Positions 24,451 through 37,750 of a stretch of 64,000 nucleotides of DNA are shown one piece after another. The notes beneath the pieces were generated by a model. The model did no database searches and was not told the origin of the DNA. It saw only the letters and a program-made list of their open reading frames with translations. The stretch's first letter is position 1. The number at the start of each line of letters is the position of its first letter. The stretch covers positions 87,422,001 to 87,486,000 of the forward strand of contig NC_045697.1 of NCBI RefSeq assembly GCF_009834535.1, written 5' to 3'. Position numbers and translations under genes: made by a program. The DNA is from Camelus ferus. Lineage: Eukaryota.

Positions 24451-26874
24451 GTGTGGCATTTCAGGTTGAGTGGTACCTCTCTGGTGGCACTTTCACATGG
24501 TGCCTTGTATTAGACTTACCTGGATATATTTCTTCCTCCTCTGTGAAGTTTTAAGCCCTTGGAGGCCAGGAAAGTTAGCCTACTTATAATCTTACTCTTT
24601 CCAAGTACTGTAAAGGCAAGAAGGCAAGTAAGCATGAGTTAGACAAATGTAGGCCACAGTTCAGAATTCCGGACAGACTCAGGAGCTTCCAGGGCGATCA
24701 GATGGACGAAATGTTTTAATTTTGTGTATGATTCACATTCTTAAGTAAACAAGGGTGCATGGTGGGGATTGGTCACATATTCCTCCATTTCTTTTGTTAA
24801 ATACCTGGAATCTCAATCTTGACACTTTGGTTCTCAGAGTTCTCATAAAACAATCCTCCTTTGGGGGTGGATTCCTCCAATCTAACTGAAGAGGGCAGGG
24901 GCAAAGGTAACAGAAACTATCAGAAGATAAAACATGTTGGTGAATATATTAAACTAGTATTCCATGATACCTAGCAGGAAACAGGCGAAAAATGAAAGCC
25001 CATCACAAATTCAGGAGAATAAATATTTTAGTTTGAATTATTCAGATTAAACATCTGTGTCCAGTGCAGTAATTGACATGTCAGCGGACTAATTGTGTAC
25101 CTCTCAGGGGAATGACCCATGGGGTGAAACTTACAAATAGCAGAAATGTAGGTTTGTTCAAGGTTCCCTCTTGGGGATAATGTTGAAAGCCCACATCTTC
25201 CTGAAAAGCAGATCATACAATGAATTACGCCAATCATTTCTTCTCATCTGTTGTTTGCAAATGTAAATGAGATTTATAGTCTCTTACTCTCCTTTTGCAT
25301 TTTATCAAAATTGAGACAAGCAGAAGGAGAAATATGCTGAGAGTTAAGTTTCTTGTCCTTTTGGCTACCTCTCCACAAAAACATATCCCAAATCATCTCT
25401 TCTCCCCACATTTGATTCTCCCTGGTAAGAAACAGTCTTAGTCCCCAAGATTGATTGGGAAGAATAAATTGCAAATGTTGCTGCTGTCTGTAAACAGAGT
25501 GTTAAATGTGGCTAGTTAGAAGGCAGCTCATTCTGGGGAACTTTCTGTGGCTCACCATTTCCTCTTCTGCTTCCCAGCCTCCCCTGAACGATGAATGACA
25601 CATTTTGCCCCAGCTTGTGTTGCACCCAATGATAAACAGATGGATCCTAGCCACAGCATGAAGCTGGGAAATCTGTTTGGGACAATATGTTTCATATTCC
25701 TGCCCAGCTGCCTTCTGCTTCTGTCTTTATAAAGTCTGCTGAAAATTTAGGACTTTGCATTGTCATCTATGAAGGAGTGTTCTTTACCTCTGCCCCCTTC
25801 CTCCTCTGCCACTATAAATTATTTCTCCGGTAGTGATTTATGTAATGTCCTTAAGGGAGAAAGGCTGTGACAGCAACACAAAGAGAAAGATGCTCCGGAT
25901 GGAGAGCCCCACGAGCCCCCACATCCCAGCAGGGTAGTGTCCCGGAGCATGAAACCATAGTTTTCTTTGATTTTTTGACTGTGAAAGGAAAAAAAAAAAA
26001 CTTATTCCCTCTCCCACATCCTTCTCCTCACTTCAGACCAGAGTGCATTTCATACCTATCCATGTCATGTTAAGATGTGCTGATAATTATTCTGAAAAAG
26101 ATCAGCTTAGACACAAGAGCAGTGTTACCTGGTAGGCTCTTGTGTCACCATGCTACATGCCTCTTTTAACCACGTTGAACCATTTAACCTATTAATTTGG
26201 TTGATTTAATTTGTCTCTACTAGGTATATGATGGGAATAATACGGTAAAGAAATATTTCCGGGGAATTTTAATATTTGAAAATTATGGATTGCTATGTTT
26301 TTATTTGCTGTCGCAACCAGTTAATCCAAATATTTACTGGGCGCTGCTCTAGGCAAAGCCCAATGCCATACGCTGCTGTGAAATCTACATCACGCTCTGG
26401 AATGGCAATGATCACTTAGTTACTTAGTAGATTCTTCTCTCTGTAATCTGTGTCAAGACCCACGCCTCTTCCACTTTATAGCAGTGTCAAGCACATTGTA
26501 AGCAATTTTGATTAAAGACTGTCTTATAGGATGGAGAAATAATCTTTATAAAGATTAATATGAGATGCTGAATTTCCAATCAGGATGGTGAATAAACAGG
26601 TATTGGCACAAAGGGAAATAGTTTCATATGCAAGGCTACATGTGGCAAAGTACAAAAGCTGCTACCTGATGAAGGTCTGTCAAGTGCCCTCCCAAGATGG
26701 GATTTATGTTCGTGAATTCATATTGATCTGAACGTGTAGGATTAGAAATCTGACTTTATCACTATGCTGAAATGTGTTCTTTCTATAGAAGCTGCCTCTT
26801 ACTAGTCAAGCTCATGGGGACTGATGTATAATCACAATGTCCGTTTATTAATTATTTATCATTTTAAAAAATAT

Positions 26875-27088
26875 ATATTTTTATTAAAGTATAATCAGTA
26901 TACAATGTGTCAATTTCTGGTGTACAGCACAATGCTTCAGTCATACATGAACATACATATATTCATTTTCATATTCTTTTTCCCCATAAGATACTCAATA
27001 TTAATTCCCTGTGCTATACAGTATGAACTTGTTATTTATCTATTATATATGTATTATTTAGTATCTGCAAATCTTGAACTCCCAGTTT
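26875..27088 (-). mobile_element. Younger, artiodactyl/camelid-type L1 3' end
   Basis: 'tcagtcatacatgaacatacatatattcat...tccctgtgctatacagtat'; same family as 51215-51385. Confidence 0.8.
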
Positions 27089-28104
27089 ACAGTTTGTTAA
27101 TTTAGATTAAGAAATGACTGGCAGAGAGATCCCAGATGCAAATGCTTTGGTTCGCATATTTTCATTTTTCCTCTTTATAGGTACATATATTTTTGTTATC
27201 TGATACCAATAATACCCAATTAATTTAAGCCACTGTAGATGGTTTTTGTTACTTTGCAACCAGATGTCATCTTGATATTTCTTGTTCTTTGGTCAAAAAA
27301 TGTTTCTCTTGGATCTTTCCTCTTTCGTAAGGATTTTAGGGTTGACTGAACAAGTTAAATGCATATATTTTGAGAAAAAAAAGAAAAGAATCTATTGTAA
27401 TTTTTAACTTGCATTGTATGGTATTTAAAGATTTATCTGAGGAACATAAATATATTTCTGATGTTGGGTATACCCATCTATGAATATTATATATATATAA
27501 TGTTAATTTTATTTTATATATATATAAATATAGATATGTTTTTAAAATCAAGTCTTATTTTATGTCTTTCAGTGAAGTTTTCAAATTTTTTCACATGTCT
27601 TGCTCATCTTTTGTAACATTGATTACAAAATCTCTTAAATTGTGTTTTAAAAAATTGTATTTCTTTGCTATTTATTGTTGCTGTATAGGAATGAAATTGA
27701 TCTTTATACATTGTTATAAGCAACTTTGCCATCATATTCGTTCTAATAGTATACTCTATATCAGATTAATAGTGTATAAATTCTCTTGAATTTTCTAGAT
27801 AGTTCTATCATCTGCAAACCATGACAGCTGATGTTTTCCTTTCTAGTTGTGGCAGGGACATTTATGACCCTCGGAATATTCTTTCGAGTCATTTGCAGTC
27901 CATGCTTGTGTCTAAATTTTCAAGTTGAGTTATTTATATTTGCCCCTTTAGATTAAAAAATCTTCACTGTGTCATAATGTTCCCTTTCCATGTATTCCTA
28001 GTATCAACAGTTAAGAATTGCATGTCCTTTTAAGTATCTACGTTAGCTTATCCTCCATGTTTTGATATAAATGACAGTACTTTTACTTTTTTCAGTTCTA
28101 AGTA

Positions 28105-29258
28105 CAGCCGACCCTTGAACAACATGGGTTTGAACTACGTGAGTACAGATATACATGGATTTTTTTCGATAAATATGTTGGAAAAATTTTTTGAGATTTA
28201 TGACAGTAGAAAAAACTCACAGATGAACTGTGTAGCCTAGAAATATCAAAAAAATTAAGAAAAAGGTAGACATGTCATGAATGCATAAGATACATGTAGA
28301 TACTAGTCTATCCTTACATAGGCACAGGTGAGTGGTATATAATATGAAATTAATAATGTGTTAGTTTTCTTTTAACTTTGCTTTCGAAGAATTACAATAT
28401 GGTATGCTTGTCTCTCTCTTGTAATTGGAGAAACTGTGTATCAGCCTATCATCACAGGTAAGTGGTTTTTTTTAAAAAATGTAACACTTTCCAATACTGT
28501 GATCTGAGATTTTTTTTTTTAATTATTTTATTTTGGCAGAGGGGTGTACGTAATTGGGTTTATTTATTTTTAGAGGTGGTACTGGGGATCGAACCCAGGA
28601 ACTTGTACACACTAAGTATGCACTCTACCACTTGAGCTATACCCTCCTGCCTTATTTCCAATACTGTATTATAAATTTGACTGAAATATTGTATGCCATA
28701 AAAATTTTATAATAATTTATTCATTAGCATATAGGCTAGGCTACCATGAAGCATTTGTATCAGTTACACTAGGCAATCATATTGATTACTTCTTCATTAT
28801 CAATGCAGGAATCATTTTACCTGTAAATAAATATGAATTTCTTTTTCACATTATCTTTTCACTTTTGATGTCTAGTGTTAGTAACACATGTAACATCTGC
28901 AGTGTTTTATCATATGAGAAATATTGATGTAGGTACTAACAGATTGATTCATCTCGTAAACACGAGGTAAACTTACCATATCAATAAATACAGTACAGTA
29001 TGACAAATGTATTTTCTTTTCCTTATGACTTTCTTAATGACATTTTCTTTTTTCTAGCTTACTTTATTGTAAAAGCACAGAATATAATACATATAACATA
29101 CAAAATATGTGTTAATCGGCTATGTTATTGGTGAGGCTTCTGGTCAATAGTAGGCTTGTAGTAGTTAAGTTTTGGGGGAGTCAAAAACCATACCTGAATT
29201 TTCGATTGAGTGGGTCAGGTCAGTGCCCCTAACCCCCACGTTGTTCAAGGGTCAACTG
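28105..29258 (+). mobile_element. Tigger2-family (TcMar) non-autonomous DNA transposon
   Basis: TIRs cagccgacccttgaacaacatggg ... cccacgttgttcaagggtcaactg, flanked by TA at 28103-28104 and 29259-29260. Confidence 0.92.
28510..28650 (-). mobile_element. vic-1-type SINE nested in Tigger2
   Basis: Minus strand GGAGGGTATAGCTCAAGTGGTAGAGTGC...GGGTTCGATCCCCAGTACC; direct repeat tttccaatactgt at 28488-28500 and 28655-28667. Confidence 0.9.
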
Positions 29259-29260
29259 TA

Positions 29261-31560
29261 TTTTCTAATTTGCATTGTGATTTCTTCTTAAGCTAATGAC
29301 TTAGAAGTATTTCAAACATGAATTTTAAAAACCAATTTTTATTCTAATTTTAATTACATTATGTTCAGGAAACATGGTCTACCTGATGTCAATTCTTTTT
29401 ATTAGTTGAGATTTACTTTGTGGTTCCACGTGAAGTCAAATTTTCTAAATATGCCATTTGTGCTTGAGTAGAATTTTTGTCTCTTAATCAGCAGATGCAG
29501 TATACTAGACAGATTCATAAAATTTTGTATATCCTTATAGATTTGTTTTAATACCTTTATTGAAGTATAATTTATATATCATAAAATTCATCTATCTAAA
29601 ATTGTACTAAAATATTATGATTTTTAGTAAATTTACATGATTGTGCAAACATCACGATAGTAGTTTTAGACCATTTCACCGTAAAGAGATTCCCTCCAGC
29701 CCATGTGCAGTAATTCCTGTTTCCATCCTTACTGATCTGTGTAGCTGTCATCCAGCAGTTTCAGAGAGATATGAATGTGGGATGGTTTTGTCAATTTCTC
29801 TTAGTAATAATGTAAATTTTTGCTTTACACAGTTTGTGGCTATTTTACTAAGTACATACAAGCTTAAAATTATTACATTTTGTAGGCAAAATTTTCACTT
29901 AACCATTATATAGTATCTATCTCTAAAAATCCTTTTGTCTTAAAGTCTATTTTGTTTGCTATTAATCTAGTTAGAACAACCTTCTTTGGATTAATATTTA
30001 TTTAGTATATCTTTTCCACCATATTTTTATAAACATTCATGACGTTAAATTATAGGTATGTCTGTTAGAATCAGCATATAATTGGATTTGGTCTTTTTGT
30101 TTAATCTGACAATCTCAATCTTTTAACAGGTTAAACTATGTACATTCAATGTGATTGCTGACATATTTGCCTTTTTTTCTACAAATTATTTGTTGCCTTT
30201 TATTTACCATGAATTTTTCTTTTTCTTCCTTTCCTCTACCTCCCTTCCCCGCCTTTTCCTTTCCTGTCTTTTTCGCTTGACTAAACTTTTTTCCCAATTC
30301 TCCACTGATTCTGTCTGGAAGTGATGCCTTCTACACATACATACATAATACATGCGTATATATTTGTGTGTGCGTGTGTGTAGGCATATAAATGTATGCG
30401 TGTGCATGTGTATATAAAATCCTTGAAAAGTCTACTTTTACTTTAAGAGTTATAGTCATGTAGCATTTTAGTTCCATCTTGAATTTTAGTATTATACTGT
30501 AAAGTATCGTTAAGATTTATATACACGTTTACCATTTCCTGGTATAAAACTATTTCTTGCGTCTTATTTTTTCCTTCCAAGCTCAATCTCTTGTTTTTGA
30601 AGTACATATTTTAAAAGTTTTTTTAATGAGAGTGATAATAGTAAAGGCTTTGATTCTTTGTGTGTTTGGACATGTCTATTTCCTCCTCACTATTGAATAA
30701 AAATGTGGTTGGGAATAGAATTCTGATTTATCTGGTATTTTCTCTCAGCATGTTGAAATTATATTCTATTGTCAGCTCATTTCTTTGGTTAAGAAGTCTG
30801 ATAAAAGTCTATGTATCATTCCCCTATCACATTTTTAATCTCTGCTTGCTTTTATGATCTCCCTTTATGTAGATTTAATTTATATTTATTTACTCTGTTC
30901 AGCACTCATTCTGCCTGCTGAATCTGAGGAATCATATCATTGATTCATTCTGGAAAAGCATTAACCACTACATCTTCAAATTTTACTTCTCCCTCATAAA
31001 AATTTCTGGAAATCCTGTGAGGAGCTTTGTCATTATCTATTCTGTCTCTTAAACTCTCATATTTTAAAATCTCTTTCTCTGTGTTGAATTCTGAGTATTT
31101 TTTCAGAGAGTTTTGTTCTTTTAGTGTTTTAATTATTTATTTTGTCTTTAATCAATGTACATATATTTATTTAATGATATCTTAGAGTTTTTCATTATTT
31201 TAATTTTGCTGTTTAAGTCTGTTGTTTGTTGGGTTTGCGGACTCCCAAATGTGGTAGATTCCTTCGATATTGTGTGAGATCATTTTCAGTAAGGCTCTAT
31301 CTCTGTGAATTCTGTGCACCTTGAGTTGTGAGTACACTTCACAGAGTCTGTATTTGCCCTGCCAGCATTTCCAGGGATTTAAAGGCCTAGGGCCAGTTTA
31401 TATGTTAATGTTATGGTTTGAGGTCCTGAGACTATGTTGGCGGTATACAAATCCCAATTCCAGCTATGTGTGATGTTGACTAAGCATTATTAATATCTAG
31501 GATAGATCTTGACCCCCAGTTGAGTTAAACAGGTATCTGCCAGTTAGTGGATTTTTCAGT
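29261..31560 (-). mobile_element. Old L1 fragments (likely continuing the L1 left of the Tigger)
   Basis: T-rich antisense L1 phrases ('cttaaagtctattttgtttgctattaat', 'tttaatctgacaatctc', 'cattctggaaaa'). Confidence 0.75.
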
Positions 31561-31629
31561 CCACTCAGACTTTTCAAGCTACTTTTATTATCTTCTTTTT
31601 TTGCTCCTTCAACCCAAACTCCCACACTG

Positions 31630-31925
31630 ACTGTTTCTACCAGGAGGCAGAGATCTGTGTTCATAATGCCTGCCCAAGAAAGACGGTGTGTCCGGATGGC
31701 CCATTGCAGTACCCCAGCTGGTCAATCAGGGTGTAGCCTGACCCTTCAGCCAATACTTCCAAACATGATGATGCCATTTAATTCCAGAGTAGTAGACTCC
31801 TGACCACCTTCTAGCCTGTGGCTCCGTTCTTCCATTCAGTGATCATGCAACACCTAAGATTCATGTCTGACCAAACAAATGGGAACTACAGCCTGGCCAA
31901 GTTGACACAGAAAACTGACTACCCC
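31630..31925 (-). mobile_element. MLT2-like ERV-L LTR
   Basis: Minus strand begins ggtagtcagttttctgtgtcaacttggccaggctgtagttcccatttgtttggtcagacatgaatcttaggtgttgc, matching the MLT2 5' end. Confidence 0.75.
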
Positions 31926-31929
31926 ACGT

Positions 31930-32500
31930 ATGTGCCATGGAGAGCCTGGAGGATGTTAGATCACCAAAGCAATTAGGTACACACTTTGATTTGCCCCTCC
32001 AACCTTCCTCTTAGAACTGGTCCCCAGGGGAGGAGGTTACTGCAGTCCAGGAGGAGCTGCTCCCAGAGTGTATCTGGTGTCTGAGGACCCAGGTGGTGCA
32101 AGGGGTTCAGCCTAGTGGATATCATGATGTTCCACCCAGAGCCCCCTTCCGCACTGAAGGACTTGTTCCCCCACTTTCTGGAAGTGCTACCAGATGTGCC
32201 ATCCAACTGCCAGCCCTGTCTGGGAATTGCCCTTGACTGAAGAGAGCCCTCACCCCAACTGAAGATGGCTGGCTCCCTTGTCTCAACTCAAGATACTTAT
32301 GAAAAACCACCCCAATTTCAAAGCCTCCCCATGGAGTCAAATGAGGCCCTAGATGACCCTGAATGGAAGCCCTACTTTGCCCTCTGCCTAATCCTGCTTC
32401 CTTCTCTTCCTCTATGGAGGTGGATCCCGAGAGCACTCCCTGACCCACCTTCTGCATGCTAACCTCCATTTCAGAGTCTGCTTCCAAAAATTCTGATACA
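31930..32500 (+). mobile_element. ERV16-type internal 3' end plus LTR16-like LTR
   Basis: 'ggtggtgcaagggg' polypurine-tract region, then 'ccacccagagcccccttccgcactgaaggacttgttccccc...ctgaagagagcc...catgctaacctccatttcagagtctgcttc'. Confidence 0.75.
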
Positions 32501-35500
32501 TATTCAGCTGGTTGAAGTTCTTTCTCTGCTAATACAGCCCTAATTTTCATGCCTGAGAGGTCTGAGGTCTTGGTGATACTGCTTATATGGGTTTCCTGTC
32601 ATCTTTTGGGGGGTATTTCTTCCTTTTTATTTGTGGTGAACAATACATAAAATAAAACTTACCACTTTAACCATTCGTGAGTATCTAATTCAGTAGTATT
32701 AGATATATTCATAATATTGTGTAGTCATCACCACTGTTTATATCCAGAACTTTTTCATCATTTCAAACAGAAACTCTGAACCTATTAAGGAATAACTCCC
32801 CATTCCACCCTCCAAAAATTGCTTTTAGTGACCTCTGCTCTACTTTCTGCCTTTCTGAGTTTGTGTATTCTAGATTCTTGATATATAAGTGGAATCATAC
32901 AATATTTGTCCTTTTGTGTCTGACTTACTTCACTTAGCGTAATGTTTTCAAGGTTCATCTATGTTGTATCATGTACCAGAATTTCATTCCTTTTTTTTTT
33001 TACAGCTGAATAATATTCCACTGTATGTATATATCCATTTAATTTATCCATTCATATTTTGATGGCCACTTGGGCTATTTTCACCTTTTAGCTATTGTGA
33101 GTGCTGCTATGAACATTGGTGTACAAGTTTCTGAGTCCCTACTTGCAGTTCTTTTGGATATATACCTATGAGTGGAATTGCTGGATCCTATGGTGCTTCT
33201 ATGTTCAACTTTTAAGGAGCTGTCAAACTGTTTTCCATAGCAGCTGCACCATTTTACATTCCTACCAGCAATGCATTAGTATTCCAGATTCTCCACATCC
33301 TTGCTACATTTGTTAACAATATTTGTCTTTTTCCATTTTAAAAGTTATAGCCATCCTAACAGGTATGAAGTGGCTTATCGCTGTACTTTTGATGTGCATT
33401 TCCCCAATAACTAAGGATACTGAGCATCTTTTTCATATCTTCCATTTTTTACCATATATAAAAAGAACCCCAGAGGATATCTTGGGTTCACATGTACCCT
33501 CTCTATGCCCTTTGTGTAGCAGCTGTCTTTTACCTTCTTAGCAACGATGTATGTGGGATACCATGCTGGTGAATAAAGCATTCACCTAATACACGTAAAT
33601 TATCACACAAAGAAGGAATTGCAGGCAGGGTTGCCCAATCCATATCCAAAATAAACATCTGTGAGGACAGTATGCACTTCACGATGTAAGGGATTCAGTG
33701 TAACTGGCCTTGCCAGGTGGCTGGATAGTTCCTTATGTTAAGGTGGCCCTATTAGGGGCTCAGCATTGGTTTCTGTTGGTTGGAGATTGGAAACTTAGTA
33801 ATAGCAGGAGGTAGTTTAGCCTTGGTGGAGGAAAATCCACATTGTACCCATACCTAACCCTGTATATACAATCTCTTATTTCATAAGCCAACTGAGCATG
33901 GCTGAGTGAAGATAACCAACCAATATCTACAAAGTAAGCAACCTTAATGACCTAGTTATTCAGTGTTTCCTTTGCAGAAGAATCAACTGTGAATACTGAC
34001 ATGGAACACAATCATCTCTATTCTCTTGGTATATATTCTGAATGGTCCATCTATCTGACTCCTTCCCAAGTCCCCTAGTTATCAATCTTTCAAACTTGTT
34101 TTTTTCCAAGACCCAGTCATCAGACCAAACTTAGCTATCTCCATCATTTGAAGAGATTTCTACCTCCAGTTATTTCTCCTAAGATTCCAAGTGGACAATA
34201 AGATGTACTTCCCAAAGTTCTGCCCACTTGTAAGCATTTTCCATTCTCTGTCTTTTTGAATCATACTTGGGTGAGACTGCAGTAGAACACTTATAGCTGG
34301 AGCCAGCATGTTTTATAGAACCTTCTCTAAACAAGGTTGAATATTTTATCCTCAGTTAACTGGTTACAGGGAGTTCCCAACAAGGACCTAGATATATGTT
34401 GGTGAAAGGATAGATGGGAGGCAGAAGTAATATGTTGGAAGTGGGAAGCATCTGCTTGCTTCAAGAGCAAAACATCTATTTGCTGAAGAGCCTTTGATCC
34501 AAAATCCTTAGAGTTCTTAAAATTATAATTATCTTATTGCCACAATCTCCATGTAGTGCCCTGACCCACAAGGTGATAAGAGATAACAGACAGGGTTTAT
34601 TGCCATTGAGCCTGGTAGAGCTGCTGAATCCTCTTTCTCTGGACTCTCACTCAAAGTAGTAGGGGCTGTTTTGTTAATGGGCTAAAGCAGAATACTTGAA
34701 TCCAGAGAGGCCTACCAAGCACTGTGAAAGGGAGCAAAATGTTTAGCAAATTGTTTCCTACTTTGGAATGAAGATACTGACTTTCTTGGACCACTGAAAA
34801 CCCCAGAAACTTCATAAATAATAGATCTCTGAATGTACTTGGGTTTTAGCTCCCACCATATGGCATGTCCACATTTTCCAGGACATCTAGAGTCCCTGTT
34901 ACTTTCAGTTCATTGGTCCTATTAGCACGTCATCATCAACGTAGATGTCCAGAGGGATGCCCTGTGGGATGGTGGTGATCCAGGTCTCAGCGGACCAAAT
35001 TATGTCGTGGGACCAGGGAGTTGACAAAGCCTTAAAGGGAGTTGGTGAAAGTATAATGCTAAACCTCCCAGGAGAAAGCAAACTATAAAGGGTGGGGCAG
35101 AGGAGAGCTTTGTTTTTTGGAAAAAGTAGGTACATTCCAGATGCCAGGGACAATGTTGATTTGCTACTGTAATGAGATCACACTTGAAACAGACCTGCTG
35201 TGGAGTCACCAACTGAGAAAGCTTAGTAGTCTACTATTAATCTCAAAAACATACATTTCCCCCTCCAGAGATCAAGTCAAACAAATGAGTTAAAGGAGGT
35301 TATCACAGGAATAACTATACCTTAAATTTCAGTTCTTGAATGATGGTATTATTCTCTATGATCCTCTAACAGGGACTAGTATTCATTTTGGTTTACATTT
35401 TGGAAACTGAGGGAAAGGTTCTAGAGCTTCCACTTATCCTTCCCTTTTCTAGGATAATCCCACTCCATAGGTCAGAGTTCCCATGGAGGGGATTCTTCCA

Positions 35501-37013
35501 GTTGCCTGGAATAGCTGTTACAACTATTTGGCAGAAAAAACAGCACGTGGACAATCTATCATGACCTCAAATCCTTGGGAGCAACTAGCTACCTTCAAAG
35601 ATTCTTACTGTTCAAACAATTCTGACTTAATTTGATTCAGATGCCTATTTTGGGAATCACATCTACCTCACCTCCAGCAGTTAAATGTTGCTACTTGGTC
35701 TCTGCCTGTCCAGATTTAATTAACTTCATTTAAATAAAAAAGCCATTATCAGTGGGGTTTTCTCTCACCTTCATTTCTGACCTGTAGAGGACAGAACCAA
35801 TGAACTTTAAAAAACTGCTGACACTTGTCCCCTGCCAATGCACTGCCTAATGTCAGGTTCAGTGAGTATTCTCTGGGCCCTCTTGGCACATATAGTTAGG
35901 GAGGGGGGAAGCTGACTGCATATGAAAATTTGTCTCAATGTACTTATTTCCTTTAGTCGTTAGGTTCTTTCCTGAACATTATATCAAGAAATTTCTGGCA
36001 TCTCAACCTTATTTCCTGTAGACCACTTCTAAGTCCAGATTTTAGAAAAGCAAGTGAACAAACAGGACCACCAGCTACTCAAGCTAAAATCACTGTTAAG
36101 TGGAGCGGTGTTGATTAATTCAAACTGATCTGTAATTATTTACCTCCCTCTCTAATCTAGAACCCTTAGAATCTGATCCCCTGTATATTATCTGTGTTCT
36201 GGATGATCTAAATAAGAAAACTGTTATAGTTGTGTTTGTCTTTCTTTCTTAGTTTAACTTCATAAACATGGGAATGCTGAAATATGACTGTGGTTATAGG
36301 TCTGAAGGCAATGAATGGTGGTTAAGGGAGGAAGACAGGGAGAATTGGCATCTAATGCAAATTATTTACCTGAGGTGGGATTATCACAGACTCTTAATGG
36401 ATGATAGTTACAGCTTCAACAGATAGGGCAGCCCAGGCTGATTATTCTCGGTTAGCCCAGTGGGACTGGACAGTTCAAATACTCACTGTAGTTAAATCCT
36501 CCCAAATATCCAGTCCAGTTATGGGTGGAAGTGGCAGGGTACCAAGCAATCCAGAATTTCTCATCAGAGAACTAGTATGAGTGTAAATTCACTGATGTCA
36601 TAATTCAGACTCACAGGCTCAGACTCTACATCTCATTTTTGGCTATGTCACACACAAAAAATGTGGCTGTCAAGAGATTAACAATCTTTAGGGCAACTGC
36701 AGTAATTTCTTTGTCTCTGACCATACCATCAACCAAGAACTTAAAACCCTGATGCTGTCTTTTTCTTTCTGTAAGAACCCCAGTACAATTAGAATTAGTC
36801 AGTCAACCACACAGACGGTATATTTCTTATGTCCCTCCATTCTGCTCTGTAACGGCAGCATTCCAGTGCTTCTGGTGACTTCATGTAAATGTGTAGGCAC
36901 CTGTGTCCCATCCTCGGATCATAATCAGATCCTCAGTGCCTTCAAATCCAGCCAAGTCAGACAGTCAATCTCAGATTTCTATCCCCTCACCTGAAAAACC
37001 ACCTCTGTTACCA
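32500..37013 (-). mobile_element. Decayed class III (ERV-L) internal region: gag, RT, RNase H and integrase remnants; interrupted by L1
   Basis: Manual minus-strand translation. gag N-terminus 'I*D*LSDLAGFEGTED' (~36980) and 'D*LILIVLGFLQKEKD'. RT 'IPQGIPLDIYVDDDVLIGP' (YVDD at 34932-34943) and 'MKFLG'. RNase H region 'GTPCNQLTED', 'WAELWEVHLIVH'. IN 'PISNQQKPMLSP'. C-terminal 'DLSGMKI' (~32550). PBS-like TGGTAACAGAGGTGG at 36999-37013. Confidence 0.88.
32620..33440 (-). mobile_element. L1MB-like 3' end inserted in the ERV-L
   Basis: 'taagtggaatcatacaatatttgtccttttgtgtctgacttacttcacttagcgtaatgttttcaaggttcatc...cagctgcaccattttacattcctaccagcaatg'. Confidence 0.9.
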
Positions 37014-37014
37014 A

Positions 37015-37470
37015 AGACTTTTTATGTCAGAATTCACTCTAATCAGTTTAAGGAAACACTAGGTGTTTAAAGAATCTTCAGGAGGGCCAGAGAAGCAGGC
37101 TGGGGTGACTGCTACAAAGCAAGGAACAAAGCAGCCTTGAGAAATACAGAAGTCTTACACAGACATGTTTTGAAGAAAACACTCATGGTATTACCGTCTA
37201 TCATTTGGAACTTATAACCATAGGAACTGTACTCCAAGAGATTCTACCATAGCTGCCCTGGAAGAGTTGGATGTTCCTGCTTTCCAGGAGATCTGAGCTC
37301 CCCTTCATGTCCACTGCTCATGTTGTTCACATCCACCTTTGAGTTTGGAGTGGTTATGTCTGCTTGGCAGAAGCTAGATCTCATGAGGACCCCTAAGCTG
37401 CAAGGGAGTCTGGAAAATGTGGAGTTCAGCTTCTGGACTCTGCAGAACAGGAAGTCAAGATACAAGGAGG
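37015..37470 (-). mobile_element. Old MaLR-like (MLT1J-O group) LTR
   Basis: 'agaatcttcaggagggccagagaagcaggc', 'ttggcagaagctagatctcatgaggacccctaagctgcaagggagtctggaaaatg'. Confidence 0.6.
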
Positions 37471-37704
37471 TTATATAAATGCTTAATTGTTCAACTTATA
37501 GCTATTGTTCATACTTGTTAAAGGAGCTGTCAAACTTGACCCTTTTCTCCATTTGATTAATCTCAGCAGACAGCATAGGAAGGTTAGGTGGGAGTCAACG
37601 TGGCCAAATTAGCTGTGGGGCACTTCTTACAGATTAGGAATTTTAAAGGAAGAGTGGAGCTATCAGTAAGGTACTAGAGTTATAATATAAAAATAGAAAG
37701 CAGA

Positions 37705-37750
37705 TATATCTATCTATCTGTATCTATATCTATATCTATATCTATATATC
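37705..37750. repeat. (TATCTA)n-like simple repeat
   Basis: tatatctatctatctgtatctatatctatatctatatctatatatc. Confidence 0.85.

Noticed and set aside
34905..35153. ORF with a YVDD motif as a functional or novel reverse transcriptase
   Set aside because: It is a short piece of a frameshifted, stop-riddled ERV-L pol, not an intact or domesticated gene
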